A stretch of DNA of 63,750 nt, filler included, from Octopus bimaculoides (lineage: Eukaryota), in NCBI RefSeq assembly GCF_001194135.2. It is 7 parts of 7 records of this genome, joined end to end, with 100 filler letters (N's around TTAATTAATTAA, not from the genome) between each part and the next. Parts side by side here need not be neighbours in the genome. Positions count along the whole stretch, not along the records: positions 1 to 6,255 come from NC_068984.1; positions 6,356 to 20,509 come from NC_068997.1; 5 more parts are not named here. The stretch is one strand, 5' to 3'. A program made the translations under genes and the position numbers. Every line of letters begins with the position of its first letter. Within the stretch, counting starts at the first letter, position 1. Under the pieces are notes generated by a model, which saw only the letters and a program-made list of their open reading frames with translations, was not told where the DNA came from and searched no databases. Positions 1-12,879 of the stretch are shown piece by piece.

Positions 1-210
1 TGTGTGTGTGTGTGTGTCTGTGTTTGCCCCCCCCCCATCTCTTGACAACCGATGCTGGTGTGTTTACGTCCGCGTAACTTAGCGGTTCGGCAAAAGAGAC
101 CGATAAAATAAGTACTAGGCTTACAAAGAATAAGTCCTAGCGTCGATTTGCTCGACTAAAGGCGGTGCTCCGGCATGGCCGCAGTCAAATGACTGAAACA
201 AGTAAAAGAG
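1..210 (+). mobile_element. SINE family B, 3' half
   Basis: Matches 29590-29820. Confidence 0.85.
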
Positions 211-3200
211 TATATATATATATATATATATATACTCAAGTATGCATACATGTGCCTGTGAGTACGCGCGCGTCTGTGAATTTTGATTGCCTGGCAGATG
301 CTTGACAAACTAGCACATGGATTTTTTTCTTAAGAGAATGTTCCGTTCGTTCTTAGAGAATATGCCAAGTCACAAAATTATCTTGAGAACTGAGCTTGTA
401 TGAGAAAGCAGGAAACTGCCAAAATGGCTGAAGGGTTCTCCAGACTTCGCAGTGCCATCTAATTTCGTGTGTCTCAGCCCATAAAGACACACCAAATGTT
501 TGCCCTATATCATAAGCTTTAAACCCATGAAGATGGCATGTTGGATAACTGCACCAGTTGTTCTCTTTGGCCTGCTGTGAGCGCCAGAGGTAGCAAGTAA
601 CATAGTAACAACCTGCTTCATGGTCGAGTCATCGCCAATTAAAATTAGTAACTCCACCATGCCTGCTTGACGAGGAAGGTGATTTTGAACATCCTGCAGA
701 ATGAAAAGACATGATGATCTTAGAGGAGTCCAGTGGCTATGTGTGTGAGCACGCGTGTATGATTAATGGCATGTTCGTATTTCACTCAAATGAAGTAGAG
801 AAGAAATATATTTATACACACGCACATACATACATGCATTCAGATATTTACACACACACACACACAGAATTTGAGAACGGGCATAAATTTATTTCCTTTC
901 TCTTGGAGGAAAACTAGATAGGCACGCGCGGGCGCGAGAATGTGTGCACATATGTACATAAACGTACATACATACATACACACACACACACATATATATA
1001 CATAGAAATATGCATGTAAATATACACACATATATATGGATATTTAAATATATATATATATATATATATATAGATATATATATATANNNNNNNNNNNNNN
1101 NNNNNNNNNNNNNNNNNNNNNNNNNNNNNNNNNNNNNNNNNNNNNNNNNNNNNNNNNNNNNNNNNNNNNNNNNNNNNNNNNNNNNNNNNNNNNNNNNNNN
1201 NNNNNNNNNNNNNNNNNNNNNNNNNNNNNNNNNNNNNNNNNNNNNNNNNNNNNNNNNNNNNNNNNNNNNNNNNNNNNNNNNNNNNNNNNNNNNNNNNNNN
1301 NNNNNNNNNNNNNNNNNNNNNNNNNNNNNNNNNNNNNNNNNNNNNNNNNNNNNNNNNNNNNNNNNNNNNNNNNNNNNNNNNNNNNNNNNNNNNNNNNNNN
1401 NNNNNNNNNNNNNNNNNNNNNNNNNNNNNNNNNNNNNNNNNNNNNNNNNNNNNNNNNNNNNNNNNNNNNNNNNAGAAAGAAAGAAAGAGGGAATATGTAT
1501 GTACACAAACTCAGATATGGCGGCTCTCTTGAAATTTACATGATAAAAAAAGATGAAAAAAGTCTATTAAAAATATATTTTGAATAAATTAAATTTAAAA
1601 ATTAATGTTATTACTTTGTATCGTAATTATAATTTTTTTTAATGAAAAGAATCCTCTGTCGTTTCGTTCAACCTACCTATTCGTCATATAATGTCAGTAG
1701 CTGAATATTTCAATCAAGTTGTCTTAATGTAATCCACTAGTTAGAGTCAGTGGTGCGACATCGATGGGCTTCCATAGAGCTCCTGTTGTCGGCTGCCCCG
1801 AAGTAGAAGACGCTTTGACTAAGTTGTCGTGCAACAGGATCGAACTCGGTTTCTTGTGATTGCAAAACAAATATGCAGCAAAGATGTTAATCCTCGATAC
1901 TGATTTGTAACAGGTACAAAACCACAAATTTGGGGGTCAGAGATAAATCAGCGTTAGTACTTCGTTTTATTTTATTAACCCCAATAAAGTAGGAAGATAA
2001 TAGTTAGCCAACGAGGTTTGAACTCAGAACATTGTATACCGCAAAGCATTTTAGCTGATGCTCTAACAATTGTGCTAAACCACAGTCGTCATTCTCATAA
2101 TAGTAATTCAATATGAAATTATACGAAGATTAAACATTGTGAAATACATGCATGAAAATCGACGAGTTTGGCACTAATACTATATATGAAGACATTTTTC
2201 AATAACATATCTCATATCCCTCACTTCTTTTTGAAATTTCCTACTTTGGATACCTTCCTTTTATTGCTTATCATCCAGAATAGTTATAAATAGTTATAAA
2301 TATGATTAGTTAAATATTTTCTTTTGTCTGCTTTTAGTAAATTGTTCTTCATCGAAAATATAAAAATAATTTCTTTTTTAAATGTTTTCCAGCAGACTAT
2401 TATTGAAAAAAGATGACTATTGCTACCATGTTGATGGAAGAATAATGTACTGGGGTCGATGTAGAGACTTAAAATGGTTTAAGGAAGACAAAATATCAGT
2501 TACATTTTGAACGTAATTATTGTTACTTGGAGCCAATCGAAAAATTATTTGAAGCATATGGGCATTCATACTGAAAAGTTCCACTCAAAAATGAAGGTGT
2601 TCGGGTCCTCTTTGAAGCCAATCAATCAGCTATAGCAGAAGACGACTTATGATCAAAAGCTTTCCAACCACGACCATCTTGCCTTTTCTCGAATCTTATA
2701 TATCTACGCCTTTATCATCTTACACGTCCTTTCTTTTAAAACAGTATGAGTTGAGAAAAATTTAGCTACTATCTCTAGCCGGTCAAGCTACTGCGTAGAG
2801 CATGGTTCGGTAACAGATAGCCCTCAAAAGTGTTTTCTCTGGGCCTCAGACTGTTTTTAAAAAACTTTTAAATTTAATTTGTGGCAATTGAAAGTTAATG
2901 GCCTTTGTGCTATTTGTTTAATTTTTGTCTTACATAAACATTGTCAGTCATAGGAATAGGGTAATACGCGGTGACATTTTTATATGTAAGAAAAATACAA
3001 TGTGAGCCATCTGAACGGCATCAAAGGCCTCCAGGCAAAGAAATTTGCTGGGGCCGCTACATACACAACCACTGCATATGGGCCCATTGATGTAGAATGT
3101 ACCAACACAGTGTCCATGCATTAACACGGTACTGGGGCTATTACATGAAAAAGTTGTCTGATCCATATTCTCTCGTCGGCTCATTATCGAAAAATTATTT

Positions 3201-3789
3201 GAAGACATATGGACATTCGAATTGAAAAATTCCACTTAGAAATGAAAAAGGTTCGGGTCCTTCTAGAGACAAAACTTAGGTGTTTAAATATGTTGCCTAA
3301 CTGAAATGCTGGATCCACTGTTTGAAAAGTTTTGATAATCTAATTGATTGAATTTGGAGACTGCGAATTTCTAGTACACACACACGTGTATGTGTGCATG
3401 TATGCATGTTTTTTAAAAAAAATCCTAACTGGAATTATTGTGATAAAAGTCATTTCAGCTGTGACAGCCCCGTCTTTTATTCAGATACAGTGTATCTAGG
3501 GTTACATTATCTTATATGTATTTCCTTATTTAACGTGATATGATGTAATTTGAGGAAGATTTGACTGTTATTTTTAGCATGCCGAGTGACCACATAGCAA
3601 ATCTCTCGTTGATTCGTATTTTATTTGATTGGGAACAACGCCGATTTATATTCGGTTTGAAATCTAGTAAAAAGTATGAATTGCAAGTATATTTATAACT
3701 AGTCAGGAGGAATAGAAACACAAATTGATTCGGACAAGGTTTTTATATACGTGTATGCATGTGCGTTTATATCTAACTTCTTTCCACAA

Positions 3790-5545
3790 TAGACACAAGT
3801 CCCAGGGAAGGAGACTCGTCGATTACATCGACCCCCAGTGCTCAACTAGTACTTATTTTATCGACCCCGAAAAGATGAAAGGCAAAGTCAACCTCTGGCA
3901 TTTGAACTCAGAACGTAAGAAGCAGAAGAAATACCGCTAAGCATTTTGTCCGCCTTAGTTTGTATCTTAACCTGAAATAGCCTACAATTTCTTTTATAAA
4001 TACGCCATGTTTTGATCTTTTTTTTTTTTTAACCGTATTCACATATTTGGTAGGTTTCGAAATAAGCAATCTCACGTAACGGTCTCATTTAAAACTGTTT
4101 TTTTTTTTTTAAATTACAAACGTATTTTGTGGAAGTATGACCTGCATAAGACTATAATTTAAATTAAGATCTCAAGTCTGTTTAAATTCTTTCACAAGGC
4201 CTGAATTTGTGGAGAAGGAGCTAGTCGATTATATCAACCCCAGTGCTCAACTGGTACTTCATTTCATCGATCACGAAAGGATAAAAAGCAAACTCGATGG
4301 AAATTGAATTCAGAACATACAGCTGAGAGAAATGTCGCAAAGCATATTCGGTGTGCCAACAATTCTGCTAGATCATTGCCTTAAAATCTGCTTTGATTTA
4401 CTATATGTATTCTAGTGGTGGATTGGCAGAATCGATAGAGCGTCGTAGAAAATACTTTGCAGTATTTTTTCCGGCTCTTTACTTCATGAGTTCAAACCAT
4501 ACTAAAATCAGCTTTGCACTTCATCAATTTGCGATCGGTGGTAATTATTTATTCCTTTTCGTCAGAACCGTTGATCTTCAACTTGTATGAGAAACAATTA
4601 TGATTATTCTAGCAAGAGGATGAATTTGCAGAAAAATGTTTTTGTGGTCTTTTGAGTTCAAATGCATCCGAGACTACTTTATCTTCTATCCTTTAGTTAT
4701 CGATAAAATAAAGTACCAGTCAAATACTGAGATCGGTGGTATAGACTAATTACTTCTCATCAAACCTGCTGGATTTCTGCATAATTTAGAAACAATTAAT
4801 ATTATTGCTTGAGTTCAATTCCCGCGAAGTCCAACTTTGCCGTTATTTTATCGAACCTGAACTTTATTTCCTCGATTAAAATAAAGTACCACTTAAGTAC
4901 AGAAGTCGATTCAATCCACTAACTCCGAATACCAAATCTGTGGACTTGTCCTTATACAGAAACAGTTATTATTCATTAAGCCCAAGGCCGCAACGAAGGC
5001 GCTTGGCCTACTTGGTTAGGGATATCTCACGATCGCAACATCGTGGTTTCGATTCCCCAAGTGATGCGCAGTATTCTTCAGCAAAACACTTTTTTCGCGT
5101 TGCTCCAAACACTTTATTTCACCCGACTGTAAATGAGTAACCCTGCAACGGATTAGCGTTTAGGACGAGTGTTTTGATCTCGATCACTTATACAGCATGG
5201 AAACTGGGTAACCGGTGACCACTACTCCAGATAGTACTTTTGCCTAATCGCTAGCGCATCGGCAAAAAATGCGTAGCGGAATTTCTTCCGGTTCTTTACG
5301 CTGTGCGTTTAAATTCCGTCGAGGTCAACTTTACTTATCATCCTTTCCAGGTCGAGAGTATAAGTATCAATTGAACACAGGTGTCGATGTGATCAGCTAA
5401 CCCTACTCCCACCAAAACTGCTTGCCAAAATTTGAAACCATTATTAATTAAATTAAGTACCAGTGAAACACTGAGGTCGATGTGATCGACTAGTCCTCTC
5501 CCCACAAATCTGAGGCCTTGTGTCTCCAGTAGAAAGGATTATCAA
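3790..5545. mobile_element. Cluster of older, diverged family A SINE copies in both orientations
   Basis: Repeated variants of gtcgattacatcgaccccagtgctcaactggtacttattttatcgacccc and gaatttgaactcagaac (3790-3950 and 4190-4385 on minus; several plus copies from 4400 to 5545). Confidence 0.7.
4995..5215 (+). mobile_element. tRNA-derived SINE (family D type)
   Basis: GAAGGCGCTTGGCCTACTTGGTTAGGG...GGTTTCGATTCCCC A/B-box-like head, related to the 10698-11009 element. Confidence 0.65.
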
Positions 5546-5679
5546 TTAACCCTGTGTAGTGAATATTTTTTTCTACATGGAAACATACATAAGTGCGTGT
5601 GTACAAATATACGTCTACATATAGGCTTTAGCACCCCTCAAGCAAGGAGAAAACTAAATACGCCATAGGAAATCTTGTA

Positions 5680-6052
5680 TCTTCTATCTTTTATTTGTTT
5701 CAATCAATGGACTGTAGCCATTCTGGGGCACCGCCTTGAAGAATTTTTAATCGAACGAATCGATCCTAGTAATTATTTCCTAAAACCCAGTACGTATTCC
5801 GTTTGTATGTTTCGCCGAATCGTTAAGTTACGGGAACATAAACAAACCAAAACCAGTTGTCAAGCGGTGGTGTGGGACAAACACACACACACACACACAC
5901 ACGACGGGCTTTTTTCAGTTTCCGTCAACCAAATCCACTCAAGGCTTTGGTTGGCTTGAGGCTATAAGTAGAAGACACTTTCCCAATGTGCCACGCAGTA
6001 GGAGCTGAACTCGGTACCATGTGGTTAGGAAACTAACTGCTTACCTCACAGC
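5680..6052 (-). mobile_element. SINE family B (diverged)
   Basis: Reverse-complement match to family B head and tail, with internal (CA)n. Confidence 0.8.
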
Positions 6053-6368
6053 CGGAAACTGATTAATCGTTACTCCAAGCTTTCACGTATACTTTCAATC
6101 TACTCCGAGTTTCGCGTCCTTGTCAAGATTAGTCCGTTGACAAGTGAGAATGCGCAACTCGCAGTAGTGGCAAAATGAAATACAGGGAGAGACAGATAGA
6201 GAGATAGACAGAGGGTTAGATACAGACATACAAATAGACGCACAACGATATATATNNNNNNNNNNNNNNNNNNNNNNNNNNNNNNNNNNNNNNNNNNNNT
6301 TAATTAATTAANNNNNNNNNNNNNNNNNNNNNNNNNNNNNNNNNNNNNNNNNNNNTATATATATATAC

Positions 6369-6720
6369 TGTTGTATTTCGGAATGGTCATTTTTTATTCT
6401 TTTGTCAAATAAACATACGCACTATATATTCGTTCTTCACTCGTTTGTTACTGTTCTTATTCTAACTCATGTTCATTGTGCGGAAACTTTTCGTCACACA
6501 TCTGTGACCTGCTCTGTCCTATAGTAGAACAGAATGGAATAAGTAGAGAAAGAGAACACACGAAGACGAAATGTGTCACTGAGGAGGTCACAGATGTGTG
6601 ACGAAAGACGTCCGGACAATGGGCCTGAGTTAGAATAAGAACAGTAATAAACGAGTGGAGAGCTAATATATAGTGCGCTTGTTTATTTCGCAAAAAAAGT
6701 GACCATCCCAAAATACAACA
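6369..6720. mobile_element. Foldback element with about 140-bp inverted arms (MITE-like or PLE-derived)
   Basis: 6369-6510 is the imperfect reverse complement of 6586-6720, with a spacer of about 75 bp. The right side carries CTGAGGA-G-GTCACA(GATG)TGTGAC-GAAA at 6579-6606. Confidence 0.85.
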
Positions 6721-6776
6721 ATATCTGTTTCAACACACGACTTCACATCAGGAATCTTGCAACACAAATTCATAAT

Positions 6777-6835
<59 letters not shown>

Positions 6836-6851
6836 CAGATATAGATAGATA
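6777..6851. repeat. (TAGA)n microsatellite
   Basis: Direct reading. Confidence 0.95.
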
Positions 6852-6986
6852 TCAGAAAGTGAGAACAGAAATGCTGAACGTCGTAACCTAAAATTTTAAA
6901 GGCATTCGTGAAGAAATGAAGCCGAACGAACAGAACCTCAGCTAAAGTATCTGAGACACTCCTGTCACTAATAAATTCCACCGTTA

Positions 6987-7031
<45 letters not shown>

Positions 7032-7635
7032 GCGATGATGATGATGATGATGATCATAATAATAAATCACGACTGATAAAATAATATAGACTGTTATTTC
7101 ATCGTATTTTCTTTCATAACTTATTATGTTTCCAAAAACAAAAAAGAAAATTTGTGTGTATATGCGTATTTGTGTGTGAATGTTTTTATGTATATGTTTG
7201 ATTGTGTATGTTTGTGAGTGTAAACCTGATAAAGATCACCAAAACAGGTGGGCGATAAAGCTTTATAGGACAACGCTAAGATATACAATGCCTTGATTAG
7301 AATATGTGTGTGTGTGTACGCATTTTTGTATGTAAGTCTAGTGTACGTGTGTGTGTGTGTGTCTATATACATTTACATATACAGTCACACATACGTCATT
7401 TCAAACATACGTACAAACAAATATATAGTCAAAAACATAGATAGATAGACAGATAGATATATTCCTCGTGGAAGTAGCATAAACATTTTAATACAACTTT
7501 CAATACAAGCAGAATCTTTAACTTCCGATGTGAATCTGTGTGTCCTCTCAATTGTTTCCGTATCAGACATAGACCAAGTCCCCTACCCCAACCGTATTAT
7601 GAGAAACATAATGCAGGAAACATCTTCCAGCATGA

Positions 7636-7775
7636 TTTACATTATTTACATTTGACGGATATTTGTCCTCATCTTGTTTGTTGTTAACACAACGTTTCGG
7701 TTGATATACCTTCATCAGGTGTCTTGGGGAAATTTCAAACCTGGGTTCTCATTCCTAATGTATTTTTCGATGTTA

Positions 7776-7850
<75 letters not shown>

Positions 7851-7901
7851 TCACTACCTGGAATCGAACTCGGAATCTTGGGGGTTAGTGGTTAAGAGCG
7901 C
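7636..7901 (-). mobile_element. tRNA-headed SINE-like repeat with internal (AAT)n and a 3' hammerhead
   Basis: B-box GTTCGATTCC on the minus strand (7860-7869), (AAT)n at 7778-7846, a unique body, then the hammerhead. A second partial copy lies at 60922-61043. Confidence 0.7.
7686..7723 (-). ncRNA. Minimal type I hammerhead ribozyme motif inside a tRNA-headed SINE-like repeat
   Basis: Minus strand reads GACAC-CUGAUGA-A-GGU(AUAUCA)ACC-GAAA-CG-UU/GUGUU. Stem I GACAC/GUGUU, 3-bp stem II, palindromic ACGU stem III (dimer only), GUU triplet. Confidence 0.7.
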
Positions 7902-8217
7902 TAGATATAGTTATAAATATCATGCTTATGTTTCATAAGCTTATACATAACATTGTATGTGTTTGCACACAACCCTCTCGCTCTCTTTCTCTCGCTCTCA
8001 CTCTCTACATGTAAGTAACTATCGACATCCATGTATACGTAGGTGCATAAATACTTGTATATAGTACATACTCAGCATACATACTCAGCATCGTACCAAC
8101 ATATAAATGGCAGATTTGCAGATTTCATTTTCTTTACCCCGTCACATAATTTCTCATACCAAGATATTCTTATTTCTGTTATTTACGTCTCTATGTATGT
8201 ATTTAATTATATGAGTG

Positions 8218-8254
<37 letters not shown>

Positions 8255-8818
8255 NNNNNNNNNNNNNNNNNNNNNNNNNNNNNNNNNNNNNNNNNNNNNN
8301 NNNNNNNNNNNNNNNNNNNNNNNNNNNNNNNNNNNNNNNNNNNNNNNNNNNNNNNNNNNNNNNNNNNNNNNNNNNNNNNNNNNNNNNNNNNNNNNNNNNN
8401 NNNNNNNNNNNNNNNNNNNNNNNNNNNNNNNNNNNNNNNNNNNNNNNNNNNNNNNNNNNNNNNNNNNNNNNNNNNNNNNNNNNNNNNNNNNNNNNNNNNN
8501 NNNNNNNNNNNNNNNNNNNNNNNNNNNNNNNNNNNNNNNNNNNNNNNNNNNNNNNNNNNNNNNNNNNNNNNNNNNNNNNNNNNNNNNNNNNNNNNNNNNN
8601 NNNNNNNNNNNNNNNNNNNNNNNNNNNNNNNNNNNNNNNNNNNNNNNNNNNNNNNNNNNNNNNNNNNNNNNNNNNNNNNNNNNNNNNNNNNNNNNNNNNN
8701 NNNNNNNNNNNNNNNNNNNNNNNNNNNNNNNNNNNNNNNNNNNNNNNNNNNNNNNNNNNNNNNNNNNNNNNNNNNNNNNNNNNNNNNNNNNNNNNNNNNN
8801 NNNNNNNNNNNNNNNNNN

Positions 8819-8863
<45 letters not shown>

Positions 8864-9426
8864 ATGTATATGAGAGTGTGTGTGTGTATGTGTACTTATA
8901 TATATATTACATATACGTATTTATACAAATATTCCTGTAAGTATATATGTATCTATATCCGTACACTCGTATATTTATATGCTATTCATGTCTATATGCA
9001 TATACATATATATGAGTGTGTGTGTGTTTGTGTGTGTATTTGTGTATGTGTCTCTGTTCATGTGTATGTATATATATATGCGTATATATATATGTATATA
9101 TACATAGTTATTTATTTATTTATTTATTTACTTATACAAATAAGTTCGATATCGTTTACATATATTATATTTACAATCATATATATATCTAGTTATGCAC
9201 ACCCATACACACAAGCACGATTCCGTGTAGATCCATTCATAGATTCACAGTATGATATCACCGTGTTTATAATTCATTCGCAAAATGAGTCATCTCTCAG
9301 GAAATGTGAATTGTGGTTCCGTTTTTTCGTAAATGTGGTGTATTTTTGATGTGTAATATCACGGATTAGGAAAACCACAGAAATAGGCACGACTGCGAGC
9401 GCTATCATTGTTATCATCATCATCAA

Positions 9427-9794
<368 letters not shown>

Positions 9795-10312
9795 TTTTGT
9801 GGTTCGTTATATCCTCTNNNNNNNNNNNNNNNNNNNNNNNNNNNNNNNNNNNNNNNNNNNNNNNNNNNNNNNNNNNNNNNNNNNNNNNNNNNNNNNNNNN
9901 NNNNNNNNNNNNNNNNNNNNNNNNNNNNNNNNNNNNNNNNNNNNNNNNNNNNNNNNNNNNNNNNNNNNNNNNNNNNNNNNNNNNNNNNNNNNNNNNNNNN
10001 NNNNNNNNNNNNNNNNNNNNNNNNNNNNNNNNNNNNNNNNNNNNNNNNNNNNNNNNNNNNNNNNNNNNNNNNNNNNNNNNNNNNNNNNNNNNNNNNNNNN
10101 NNNNNNNNNNNNNNNNNNNNNNNNNNNNNNNNNNNNNNNNNNNNNNNNNNNNNNNNNNNNNNNNNNNNNNNNNNNNNNNNNNNNNNNNNNNNNNNNNNNN
10201 NNNNNNNNNNNNNAATGTATATATGTATTTGTATATTATTTGGATGTATGTATATATATACAAATGTGTTCAGATAGATAGATAGATAGATAGATACAGA
10301 TATATATATTTA

Positions 10313-10329
<17 letters not shown>

Positions 10330-10347
<18 letters not shown>

Positions 10348-11090
10348 ACTGCAATCGTTGAATCGGTATTTCTCTTTGGTTCTTTATCATGGACACTGAC
10401 CAAGAAAAGAAGCTTGAGGGTCCATATACGTAAATGCTTTGTGCAGTGCTCAATGTTTTCTTTGCAGCAACTCTTGACAAAGCAGCGACTGTGTCACAGT
10501 CTTTCTAGTATCACTTCGTTTATTATCCGATAAAGAATAAAACGTTCTGCAGGACAGTGTAGGAGAAGCAAGGATGAAATATTCAGCGATATCCTTCTCT
10601 GGAAAAACCACGCGTGGACACACAACTATCGGAAGACGAATGGCGGCATATATCAATCAACTTGTGGACGACACTGGATAACAAATTGAGGATATGAGTG
10701 TTACTCCGTCGGTTACGACGAGGATTCTACTTGATCCGATCTACGAAACAGCCTGCGCATGGTATTAACGTGCACGTCGCTGAGGATGCGTTCCCTTAGT
10801 GTAGTTCTCAGAGAGAGTCAGTGTGACGTAGAATATGACAAGGCTGGACCTTTGAAATACAGGTGCTACACATTTTTGCTTGCTGGGTAAACTGGAGCCA
10901 CGTGAAATAAAGTGTCTTGCTAAAGGACACAACACACCACCGGGAATCGAACCTGCGACCTTACGGTCATGAACTGAATAGTTTAACCAATAAAGCTACG
11001 CGCCTTCACTTGAGTATATGAAGATTGCTGTAGAAGATCGTTGCATCTGGCGTCGAAGAGTCTGGGTAAATCGCTCGACTGGATGTATAG
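10330..11090 (+). mobile_element. RTE-clade LINE 3' fragment, split by a SINE
   Basis: Frameshifted WTLTK...ML(R)AVLNV...RF(A)GQCRRSKDEIFSDILLW...AAYINQLVDDTG*QIEDM, resuming after the SINE as MKIAVEDRCIWRRRVW (about 11018-11066). Confidence 0.8.
10698..11009 (-). mobile_element. tRNA-derived SINE inserted in the RTE LINE
   Basis: Head GTGAAGGCGCGTAGCT...GGTTCGATTCCCGG on the minus strand. Flanked by a near-perfect 12-bp TSD TTGAG(G/T)ATATGA at 10686-10697 and 11010-11021. Confidence 0.8.
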
Positions 11091-11547
11091 ACTAGAGCTG
11101 ATTGGTATTAATTCAGCACCCCCGCTAAAACTAAAGATCGGGAAACCATTATTACTAAACTGACTTAGGAACGAATGAGTTTCGTAACTGCGTAATTTTG
11201 GTTTCAGACTAAATCGTGCAGTACTTTGAACATATCGCATTGCTTTGGCCCGACGACCAATCTTTGTGAATGAGAATTCCGTAAAAAGAAATTGTGTGGA
11301 AGTACATCGGAGATATCTTTCCTGTTCTTTGTGTAGTCGACTTAATACGTCATCCTGTTTCACGCCATCACAATGCAAAACTTTTGTAAAACGCACCCTA
11401 TTACTAGATTTCTTATTCGGGTACCGTGCCAGATAGTAATCACTCACCTTACCACTAAGATCACGAATGGTATCCTTTTCTCCATGGCTATGCCATACAC
11501 AATACTGCTCACGCTTTCGCATCTATAATGTCTCTTCTTCTTCCCTT

Positions 11548-11641
<94 letters not shown>

Positions 11642-12159
11642 CTATCTCTCTAGCTAACAGTTAAATGTCTTTATTCATATTTTCCCGTATATCTCCCTTC
11701 TGGTCAACATTGCCACAACCTAGTTTAAGCGTCTACAATATTATCAAAAGACTGTTCACGCAGTGTCTCCCTTTCTCTCTCATTCTTTCTCTCCCCTTCA
11801 CTCCCGCATTCTTTATCACCCGTACTCTCTCTCCCTCTCTCATTCTTTCCCGCTCCCCTTCTTTCCCCCTCTCTCTATCTCTCTTCCTCTTTCGCGTTAA
11901 CACTGAACTCTGTTAATTCACATTTTCCTGCTTGTCTCCCTTCCAATCAACATTGAAATGTCGACATTACCGTCTCAGCGTCCAGTCCCCCCCCCCCGCC
12001 TCAAGCTACGTCAATCACCTTTCAATATAAACAACTCCCGTTCCCTTATTGGAGATGTTGATTAAGGGTTTCTATGATTAATTTATTAATTAAATTCTAA
12101 TCAATTAATTAATCAAATAATTAAATTTCCGATATATTTTTCTTTGAAAATGTAAAAGC

Positions 12160-12191
12160 TATAACAACAATAACAACAAAAACAACAACAG

Positions 12192-12226
<35 letters not shown>

Positions 12227-12420
12227 AAAGTATCACTCAGCAATGGGTTAATTAAAACAAACAGGTTACAGCAGAAACAATAACTACTATTACTACTACT
12301 ACCACCGCCACGACTTCTATTTCACGACCACCACGACCACCGCCACTAAAACTGCAACTGCTGTTGCTACTGCTACTGCTACTGCTACTGCTACTGCTAC
12401 TCTTACTACTACTAATACTA
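12160..12420. repeat. Compound trinucleotide tract (AAC/ACT/ACC/GCT)
   Basis: Direct reading. Confidence 0.85.
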
Positions 12421-12820
12421 CAGTGGCAGTGCCATCAGCAAAATCAAGAGAAAGCGACAAACTGAAATGAAAATATTATTTCCGAAGTATAGTTCAACGG
12501 AAAAAAATTTTTAAAACTGTGAGGAGATAATTACTTAACAATTCGGGCCTTTGCCCTTCATCCGAGTTGAACTAATTCTCGCCGATACGAGCATCACCAG
12601 CTTCTCTGGATTTCAGATTTTTACCAATAATATCCAGAATTTGTTTCAATAGACCTGATTTCTAATCGTCAATAGCTGCTTTTATTTCTAGCAGTCTACA
12701 TGGCTCCCACATTTGATTCGGAACACCAACCTTATCTTTTTTAAAATTAACGGTAATATCAGTTTTATTCAGAGTCCAAACGCCAGTAGCCTGGTCGAGT
12801 ATAAACTAAAGAACTATGTA

Positions 12821-12879
<59 letters not shown>

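Noticed and set aside
4995-5070. tRNA genes
   Set aside because: All A/B-box matches are SINE heads without a full cloverleaf and are followed by SINE bodies.
6300-6311. TTAATTAATTAA recurring six times inside N runs
   Set aside because: Always centred in a 100-bp gap with stops in all frames; an assembly spacer, not biology.
10983-11522. 179-aa minus-strand ORF
   Set aside because: Its last ~35 codons are antisense RTE and SINE sequence, the upstream acceptor context is purine-rich, no family is recognisable, and the remaining length is within chance expectation.
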